In this document: piece by piece, positions 8,011 to 17,365 of the stretch
Numbering within the stretch: the stretch's first letter is position 1
Layout of the letters: every line of letters starts with the position of its first letter
From: Blastocystis sp. subtype 4
Lineage: Eukaryota
Assembly: GCF_000743755.1 (NCBI RefSeq)
Contig: NW_014569449.1
Location: forward strand, 1 to 34,991
Reading direction: 5' to 3'
Length of the DNA: 34,991 bases
Translations under genes and position numbers: made by a program
The notes under the pieces: model-generated
Told to the model about the DNA's origin: nothing
What the model saw: the letters and a program-made list of their open reading frames with translations, nothing else
Database searches by the model: none

Positions 8011-10639
8011 ATGTCTGTTCTGGGTATTGACTTCGGAAGTGACGCTTGTGTTATCGGACAGGCAGGAGGAATGGGAGCCGCTCCTGGACGTGGTGGTATT
8101 GATATTATTTTGAACGACAATTCAAAGAGACGAACACCGTAATTGTTTTCAATCCATTTGATATCGTAGTTCCATTGTTTCTTTCCAAGATCAAGAGCGT
8201 TTCATTGGTGAGCATGCTGAACCTCTGGTAAGTTGATTTGATTATGTTTGAGGGATAGCTCCGCTCGAATGCTAAGAATACTCCATACATGATGAAGAGT
8301 CTCCTCGGTAAGAATTTCCACGATCCCGAGGTTCAAGAAGAGATGAAGAAACTTCCTTTCAAGTTGGTTCCTTTGGAAGATGACCATATTGGTATTGAAG
8401 TGTACTATGACGGACAGCAGCGTACCTTTACTCCCGAGCAGATTACTGCCATTCTGTTGAATCATTGTGCTGTTCTTGCTCAGAAGGGAAGTAAAACTTC
8501 TGGAAAAGCTGAGGTTGTAATTTCGGTAAACTTTCATGAGCAGTAGTAATTGTATAGGTCCCTCCTTTCTGGAATGACACGCAACGACGTGCCATGTATC
8601 ATGCTTCACAGATTGCAGGAGTGAAGTGTCTTCGTCTGATTAACGAGAATGTAGCTAGTGCTCTGGACTATGGTATATTCCGTAATCTGAAGGGTGAGTT
8701 CAGTGATAAGCCTGTTCACGTTCTTTTTGTGGACATGGGTTACACAGCCACACATGCAACTGTAGCTGCTTTTACGACAGGCAAGGTTCAGATTCTATCT
8801 TGTGCCTATGATCGTCATTTGGGTTCTCGCTGCTGCGATGAGGCTATTGCCGATTTCATTGCAAAGGGTTTTATTGCCAAGTACAAGAGTGATCCTCGTT
8901 CTTCTCCTCGTTCAATGGCAAAGTTGATGGTAGCTGCTGAGAAGGTAAAGAAAACTCTTTCACCTGCTGGTGTGAACAAAACTCCTATTTATATTGAGTG
9001 TCTGCATGATGATCGGGATTATCAATCTGAGTTAACATTGCATGATTTCCAAGATATGTGTAGCGAGAAGAAACTTCCTGATCGACTTCAGGAAGTCGCT
9101 TTGCGAGCTCTGAAGGAGGCTGGATTAACCGTGAATGATAACTTTATCTGTGAGATTATTGGAGGAGGTATGCGTGTACCTCAGATGAAGTCTGCTTTAG
9201 CTCAGGCTCTTGGACGGAATCTTGATGGATTGTCGACAACGTTGAATATGGATGAGACTGTAGCTCGTGGTTGTGCTATGCAGTGTGCTATTCTTTCTCC
9301 CCGTATTCGTGTGAAGGCTTATGAGATTGTGGATGTGGTTCCATATTGGATTCGTTGCCACTCAGAAGTAAATGGTCAGACACAGGATCTGGAGTTATAT
9401 AAGAAGGGTGATACATTCCCATCTTATCGTCGTATCACGTATCACACAAAGGAGGATATTAAACTTCGTTTGGAGTATAGTCCCGAGAGTTTAGATATTA
9501 TGATGCCTGGTTCCCGTCCTCTCATTGCTGAGACTGTGGTGAAGGCAACGGAGAAAATGAAAACGGCGGAGGATCCAGTGGTATTTGTGAATTTCTGCTT
9601 TGATGCTCATGGCTTGTGTTATTTATATAATGCTTCTGTGAAGATTGCACTGCCTCCTGAACCTGAAAAGAAGGAGGAGTCAATGGAAGTGGAGGGAGAA
9701 GAGAAGAAGGAAGAGGCTCCTAAAGAATCTCCTAAAGAGGCTCCAAAAGAGGAGGAGAAGGGAGATGAAACTAAGAAGGAGACACCCAAGGAAGAGGCTA
9801 AGAAAGAAGAGGCTCCTAAGAAGCCTGAGGTAAAGTATTCGACAGACAGTCTTCAGTCACAAAGTGTTTTCACAGGTCTGAGTGTGGACCAGATTCGTGC
9901 AGCTGAACAAACAGAGAAGCAGATGCTTCAGAAAGATGCTGATATTCGTCTTCGGAATGAGGCAAAGAATGATCTGGAGGGATATGTATACAATATGCGT
10001 GATCGTGTGAACAGCATGTACAAAGCTTACATTGCTGAAGAGATACGACAATCCTTCCTGACGAAACTTGATGCTGCCGAGAGCTGGTTGTATGATGACG
10101 AAGGCTACAACGCCTCTCGTGATACCTTTGTGGCTCGTTTACAGGAGTTGAAGACGGTTGGAGATCCTGTGGTGAACCGTTATACCGAGAGTCAGAATCG
10201 TCCAGAAGCTGTTACACAGTTGTCGCAGCGTTTGGAGTCGTTGACTCGTCTGTTAGATACTCCGAATGAGAAGTATGATCACATCACTCCTGAAGAACGG
10301 AAACCTATACGTGATTTGATTGCTGAGAGCAAGGCATGGTTAGAAAAGATGCTCAGTGCACAAGCAGAACTGGCCCTAACAGAGGATCCTGTTTTGAAGT
10401 GTTCGGATTGTTCTGATCGTATCCGTAATGTGGATAATCTATACAACAAGGTAATGAGCAAGCCAAAGCCAAAGCCAAAGGAAGAAGAGAAGAAACCAGA
10501 GGAGAAGAAGAGTGAAGAGAAGAAGGAAGAAGATGAAGGAAAGAAACCAGAAGAGAAAGAGAAGTCTGGAGAAAAGGATAGTGGTAAGATGGAAGAGGAG
10601 GAGAAGCCTGAAGAGAACTCAAAGATGGAGGAGGAATAA
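8011..10639 (+). CDS. Hsp110/SSE-family chaperone (Hsp70 nucleotide-exchange factor), 3 introns near the 5' end
   Basis: MSVLGIDFG...RGGIDIILND, ASALDYGI, VLFVDMG, LSTTLNMDETVARGCAMQCAILSP, an acidic/Lys-rich loop, AKNDLEGYVYNMRD and ESWLYDDEG. Confidence 0.95.
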
Positions 10640-10689
10640 TTATATGTATTTGTTTACAGTGATTTCTCATGATTTGTTACAAACAATTG

Positions 10690-11085
10690 TTAATTGGCAT
10701 TACTACGCTTCTGCTTCTCATCTTCAATTTCACTACGTACTACTTTTGTTACTAGGGCATAATAATCTTCATGTACTGTTACATTCTTCATAACTCAAAT
10801 CAGAAGCAGTTTTTGCAATGACCCACTGAACTAACTGGTCAATTTTTCGTAGATCATTATGTTGCGATGTATGAAACTCAATGTGCTATAAATCATATCA
10901 AAACATCTCGATTACTATATCATTATCAGTACAACTCACAGTAACATCCTTTTTGTGCTCAGCATACTTTACATTGTAACGGAACTAAATACTAATCCAT
11001 ACAAGGAACCATCAACGATCTCAGGATTATGAAGGAATAATGTCATAGCAGCAATCTTAAACTCGACCCAATTTGTGTACTTCAT
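10690..11085 (-). CDS. SRP9: Signal recognition particle 9 kDa subunit, 3 introns
   Basis: Spliced protein MKYTNWVEFKIAAMTLFLHNPEIFRYNVKYAEHKKDVTVSCTDNDIHIEFHTSQHNDLRKIDQLVQWVIAKTASDLSYEELTKVVRSEIEDEKQKRSNAN* follows the SRP9 pattern WxEFxxAAxxLxxxxP..R...KY.....TD. TAA is followed 4 nt later by TGTTTGTA. It is not in the ORF track. Confidence 0.85.
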
Positions 11086-11532
11086 TCTAGGGAAATCAGG
11101 TTGCACAAATGATCTAAAACTAAGGAGAAAACATGAAGACAAGGAATACGGAAAACAAGTCTATTTCTGTATTCCAAAAGCATGATCTAATCTCTCCTTT
11201 TGATTATTGAAATCTATTCGTTTATTTTCCGATTGTAGTGATGAAAATATATTATAGCAAGTTAGCTCATAACAATGTCATTTAATAACCGTATATACGA
11301 TTGACTGTTCGTTTAGTCGGTGATATTACATCTGTTATTCACGATACAAATAATAACTAGGTCAGTTAATTGTTATTTTGAGTCTAGTTTCACATTTTAC
11401 AATTTTGCTTTGTTACTCGAGTTTGCCCTTGCTTCCTTGTGTCTATACTCACATTTCCGTTTGTTGCAATGTTAGAGGGCTACATTGAGACTAAAAAATC
11501 CATATAATGGGAGAATACTATAAGATGAGTCA

Positions 11533-11630
11533 TCCGATCAAATGATGAAACTCCATATGTTTAGTAGTTAAGCTGCCTAACATTTCATGATTATTATAGA
11601 ACAATGAAGGAAAGAGCGCCTGACTTCGGA
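11533..11630 (+). ncRNA. Candidate box C/D snoRNA, target uncertain
   Basis: TCCGA/TCGGA terminal stem, C box ATGATGA 11542-11548, D'-like CTAA 11577-11580, C'-like ATGATTA 11587-11593 and D box CTGA 11620-11623. Confidence 0.4.
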
Positions 11631-11654
11631 AACAAGATCATATTTATTTTTGAA

Positions 11655-12496
11655 ATGAAGTGTTTTCTTGTTATTATTTTCTGTTTCTATTTAGCTGCTT
11701 CAAAATACAGTTACACTGATAAATGTTATCGATTTGGAAAGGCAGTCGATTACAGGAGTTTGCTTTCAATCAGTTTATCACTATATAGAGGATACCTATT
11801 ATCAAGTTTATGTAAACAGGAAAGGAATTCCTCATAGCAGAGATAAGATCAATGTTGAGAGGTCATATTTGTATAATTACAGTATGTTTTCGTACTACTA
11901 TCAGTGAAATATATGAATGGAGTTAAGTTCTAGTTATGTTCTTTCTGACTGCAATGCAGTGGACGCAGGATATCAGTGTCTAAGTACATGTGATTCTGTT
12001 TGGTTCAAAATCGATAACAAAACCGAAGCCGATTATTATGTTAAGTATTGTGATCCAATCTTTCAAGTGAAGTATGGTGACATAACGTGGGATTTACTGA
12101 AGAGAGTAAAAAATAGGAAACATAATTGTACCGGTTCCATGGATCCTTTTGGTTTTATTATTCAACAGATTGGCAAAACAACTACTGAAATCATTGAGAT
12201 GAGTAAGAAATGAATTAATTTAATTTATCGACAGAAGGGAAAGTGGCTCTTGCTCCTGAGGGATACACAGAAGATAAGAAATGTGTATGGGAATGGGATG
12301 TTATTGGATTGTGGTCTTTAGGTAATTGATATGAAACATGAATTGATATCTAGTAACTGTGATCGTCATCTCTGTGATTATTGTAATCTTACTGATTGTA
12401 TTCATCATTGCCATTGTCTTGGTTCAGAAACATCGTTCAACAAAACGAAAACGCCTAGAGAACTCTTTGATTCATGGAAATGAACCTAATGTGTAA
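11655..12496 (+). CDS. Cys-rich type-I membrane protein of unknown family, copy 1
   Basis: Signal peptide MKCFLVIIFCFYLAAS, ectodomain YSYTDKCYRF..GIPHSRD..SVWFKIDNKTEA..CDPIFQ..KKCVWEWDVIGLWSL, a hydrophobic TM segment, and basic tail QKHRSTKRKRLENSLI. It has 4-5 introns of about 30 nt and a genomic TAA at 12494-12496. Confidence 0.85.
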
Positions 12497-12885
12497 TTTG
12501 TTTCTTTGAGCAAGTGACGTTCAGATTTGTGAGTGCTATCAGATCTGAATCCAGCATTATGATACCATATATATGTCTGACAAAGACACTCATGTAGATT
12601 CTTGACCCAATTCAAATTTCTTGAGTTGTGGACTCATGCAACACTCTATGGCCAAATATAAAGGGGATTCGGCTCTATACAGAAATGATCTCCTTTCGTT
12701 ATTCTAACTTGGATTAACAGAATGGTTCTAACAAAGATCTCCATATGTGGCGAGAGAACGCACTATTCTTGCAATCACAGAGATACAATACAATAACAGA
12801 TTCCCGCGGTCTTAATGACTGATGAATTCTATTAGAACTAATCGTCTGTGTCATGATAAGGTATGGTTACAAATCGTTTATTCGT

Positions 12886-13734
12886 ATGATGAAGGCAAGT
12901 TATTTTGTAATTCTTCTCTGCTGTTTCTGTTTAGCAGTTTCGGAGTACAGTTATACCGATAAATGTTATCGATTCAAAGGACCTGAAGAGAGTTTCTGTA
13001 CGTTCTTTTTTCTTTATGTAACTTGACAGTCAGACCATACTATCAATTCTATTTTAATATGCATGGAATACCTCATAGTAGAGACTATATCGTCTTTCAA
13101 AGCCTGGGAAGCTCTCGTATTATGTCATGTTCGTACTACTATCAGTAATAATAACTATTCTACATGATCTCTAGTTATGTTCTCTCTGATTGCAGTAAAG
13201 TTGATGCAGGATATACATGCAAGAGTACATGCGAATCAGTATGGTTCAAAATCGAGAACAAAACCGAAGCGAAAACTTTTGTAGAGAAGTGTGATCCCAT
13301 CTTTCAAAAGAAGTATGGTGACATAACGTGGGGTTTATTGAAAATAGTTAATTATAGGAAACATAATTGTAATATGACAATGGATCCCTTCTATATTATC
13401 AGACAGCAAATTGGCACAACAACTACAAGTACAATTGAGATGGGTACGAATTGAGTCCAGTTACTGAACAGTAGATGGAAAGGTTCCTATTGCACCTGAG
13501 GGATATGTAAAGGATAAGAAATGTGTATGGGAATGGGATGTTATTGGATTGTGGTCCTTAGGTAATTGATATGAAACGTGAATTGATACCTAGTAACTGT
13601 CATTATCGTTTCTGTGATTATTGTAATCTTACTGATTGTATTCATCATTGGTATCATCTTGGTTCAGAAACATCGTTCAACAAAACGAAAACGATTAGAG
13701 AATTGTTTGCTTCATAAACAGGAGTCTCATATTT
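12886..13734 (+). CDS. Cys-rich type-I membrane protein, copy 2 (stop predicted to be made by polyadenylation after T13734)
   Basis: Same exon structure and motifs as copy 1. The codon homologous to the copy-1 TAA is TCA, followed by TT-TGTTTCTT. The first genomic stop is at 13794-13796. Confidence 0.82.
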
Positions 13735-13889
13735 CATTTGTTTCTTTGAGTAAAATATACATGTTATTCATATTATTTGAATTGAAACAAAGATGATTTG
13801 TTTGTGTTCTAATCATTGTTAACATAGAATTCTAATAGACTAATGTTCCTGCGTCATCATATTCAAATAAGAATCATTACTATTTAACT

Positions 13890-14733
13890 ATGAAATCTCT
13901 TCTTTTTGTTATTGCTTGCTGTTTCTGTTTAGCAGTTTCTAAATACAGTTATACTGATAAGTGTTATCGATTTGGAGTAGCCATTGATAAAAGCCGTTTG
14001 GTTCAATTCGTTGGATAATTACATAGATGACTTCTATTATCAAATCTATGTTAATAAGAAGGGAATTCCTCATAGCAGAGATGAAATCATCGTGGAGAGG
14101 CCTTATGGTAGGAATTGCAGTATGTATTCTTATTATTATCAGTAATACTGTTAACTGATATTTACACATAGTTATGTTCTCTCTAATTGCAGTAAAGTTG
14201 AGACAGGATATAGATGTAAAAATACATGCGAATCAGTTTGGTTCAAAATCGATAACAAAACTGAAGCGAAACTCTATGCTGATAAATGTGATCCCATCTT
14301 TCAAAAGAAGTATGCTGATGTGACGTGAGACTTGTAGAGAACAATAACTGTTTAGGAAGCATCATTGTAATATGACTACGGATCCTTTCTATTATGTAAA
14401 GGAACAAATCGGCAGAACATCCACTGAAACAATTGAGATGGGTACGAATTGAATCTCAGTCACTAAAACATAGAGGGAAAAGTTCCTATCGTTCCCAATA
14501 GATTCACAAAGGATAAGAAATGTGTATGGGAATGGGATGTCATCGGATTATGGTCCTTAGGTACTTGAAATGAAATGAGTTTTAGTCTTTAGTAAGTGTG
14601 ATCGTCTTTTCTGTGATTATTGTAATTGCTCTCATTGTATTTCTCATTGGTATCATATTGGTTCAGAAACATCGTTCAACCAAACGAAAACGACTAGAGA
14701 ATTCCTTAATTCGTAATAATGAGAATAGCATTT
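13890..14733 (+). CDS. Cys-rich type-I membrane protein, copy 3 (stop predicted to be made by polyadenylation after T14733)
   Basis: Same architecture. It is intact if the 31-nt GT-AG segment 14325-14355 is spliced. TCA occupies the stop-homologous codon, followed by TT-TGTTTCTT. Confidence 0.78.
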
Positions 14734-14754
14734 CATTTGTTTCTTTAAAACAGA

Positions 14755-17285
14755 TTACAACTTGTTTAGTCTATCCAAAGTCTTCTTCATAATCTCAGAA
14801 CGCTGTGTTTCCCTAGAATCAAAACCCAATCCTCCTCTTCGATGGCCCACAGTACCTGGCAATGGAACAGACGAATCCTCGTCTTGATGCTTTTTTAACC
14901 AACCGTCTTTGGCTAATAGCATCTGACCAACAGAAGGACCAGGTGCTGCTGAAGGAATAACAGAAGGTGGTTCTATAAATCCTGGAACAGTACTCTCAGT
15001 GGTTGCAAGAACTGAAGTGTATGAAACTGGTTGAATTGCAGGCTTGTTCGGATTACTAATGGCTGTACTACCAACCTTTCTCCTTCGTTCTTCTGCTCTA
15101 TCCTTGTACTAATGATTATAGGATTCAATCATTTCTACATCCACCGATGGATCCTTATGATACTTTTCCCATTCATGGAGTTGTCTCTATGATCAATATC
15201 CAATCTATAGTTCACCCTATGGAGTCGAGACTCAGAAACATGCCTTTTGAATTGTGCTTCATCACGGAATTGTCGACCACAAATCTATCCTTATACTCGA
15301 TTCACAATGATACGAAACAGGCAGGTGCACCGTTTCTAGTATGACCAGAGATCCGTTCAATTTGAGCTAATGAAGGAATAAACACTTCTTCCTTCTTTTC
15401 CATTCGCTTCTGTAGTACCTTTGTCTTCACTTCCATCGTAATAGCTTGTCCAGGACGCAATTGTTCACCTTCCACTTGAACAGATGATCGTTCCGTTTGA
15501 GGTTCTTCAGGTTGAGGAGGTAGAAGTTTGTCCAATGGAGTCGTGAATTTGATTTCCAGTTTGGCTGGAGTTGGTGTTGATTGGACTGTTGTAGGCGTAA
15601 ACTGGAAATTCGTTGGGGTAGAGATCAGAGGCACTTTTTCCTCCTTCACAGGTTCAGGTGAATGCTTTGGTGGAATATGATAAGGTTTGGAAGGAGGAAA
15701 GGGGATGAATGGTATTAACTGATCATCTTTTCGTGTGTAGTAAGTACCAGTAATCGAATCAAGGTACTACAAGTGACACACTCTGTAGAGTCCTACCATC
15801 TGCTGAATGGAACAGAAGTAAAACTGTGAATTAGCTTCATACCAATATCCTGAAGCAGGGTCCAATGAATAACTATCTCATATTTGTTAAGAAATCATAC
15901 CTCTCTTGTTGAAATGCTCGAGGAAATGGCCGTCCATCAGGAAGCTTCTCGTTAACTGGAGTCAATACTTCTTTCTGTAAAGGGAGGCGAGCTTGACTGG
16001 TTTTATCAAGAAGCGTTTGCTGAATGGCTTGAGACTCTTGATATGAAGGAAGTAAAATCGTTTGATAAGGGAGATACGAAGGGAATGAGTAGGTAGGCAT
16101 GTAATAGGAAACAGGCTGAGGTACTGATGACATGGTGGGTTGTGGATGGATCATTGAATGTTGAACCTCTCTAAAATAAGACTATGATAATATGAGTACC
16201 GAATACAATATGGATTTGCATATCCAATGGTAACCTGATAACCATGAACACTGATATACCCATGCATGTTCACAATTTGCATAGCTCCTTCGATAGTCTC
16301 AAATTCAACGACACCATATCCACGGGAGAGTTTACTATAACTATCATGAAAAATATAGGCTGATTTGGTTGGAGCACAGTTATTAAACGACATCATAATC
16401 TAGATCTGATTGGAGGTTAACGTACTCACATCTGTCTCTGTTGCTGACAAGCACAGACACTTAATAAGTACAAAAACAGTGGGGGTTTTGGAGAATTCAA
16501 ATAAGGCGCGATCTATATCGAGTGATTGTTCATTTCGAGTATTTTTGCATCCTTTACATTCCGAATGTCGATATGAATTAATTCCAAAACACTATATGAC
16601 AATGGATGTCTGAAAATACTCGTTCACACACCCAATCATTTTTTCGATCCTGTCTTTGCTCTTTAGATGCATATTCAATGGTACATGACTGACCAAACAG
16701 AACTAAAGCTGGCCCAGTGCCGAATCCAGAACTCGATGCTATTGATCACCAGAATAACGCATAGGAAAACGATATTTCGTAATCACATTGGATGCATCCA
16801 CAATCGAAGGAAACGAACAGAAGGCATATCCGCGATTTCTTCCCTTCTCCTACAGTTAAGGACCTACACAATGTCTACTTTATCAAATACCATCCGAACC
16901 GTCTTAATGCGATCTTCCCTTAATGCTTCCCAAATCTACACTTAAAACAGAAACAATTATATACCATCGCCTCTGTAACTTCGTAGTTGAGATTTCGTAG
17001 ATAGAGAACGTTCGTTGGATTCTTTGGTTGTACCTTTCCTATTCGATCTCGATCTACTGATGATCTGTTATCATTCCACTTGGAATCCGTAGTTTCAACA
17101 ATATTTGTCGCTGGAACGGAGAAATCACGACTTCGTTCTCGATAATCACTTCTACTTATTATGGTCCACCATGGCAAATGCCTTGAGTAATCTGAAGACC
17201 GAGAATCACCATGACGAGAATCATGTCTATCTCTTGAGTCACGACTTCTGCTGTGATGGTGTCGATCCTCACCATGACGGCCCAT
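14755..17285 (-). CDS. RBM5/RBM10/SUA-like splicing regulator (RS/RD N-terminus, RRMs, OCRE, G-patch), multi-exon
   Basis: RRM motifs TNVLYLRNL and SRGYGVVEF, an aromatic OCRE-like segment GYWYEANSQFYF...YLDSITGTYY, YKDRAEERRRKVG, and G-patch SVGQMLLAKDGW...RRGGLGF. TAA is at 14757-14755. Confidence 0.8.
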
Positions 17286-17365
17286 TTGCGTACGTCGATT
17301 TCAGGGTGTCTTATGACAGTTTATGAGGGTTTTGTTTGTTCAATAGTTTTCTTAAGAGTCGAATT

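Noticed and set aside
9650..10636. E/K/P-rich repeats in Hsp110
   Set aside because: These are the ordinary acidic loop and tail of the Hsp110 family.
11355..11487. Two hairpins each followed by ACA (possible H/ACA RNA)
   Set aside because: No proper H box or two-sided pseudouridylation pocket could be drawn.
13890..14733. Membrane paralog 3 as a pseudogene
   Set aside because: All stops and the frameshift fall inside one 31-nt GT-AG segment of normal intron size; the rest is intact.
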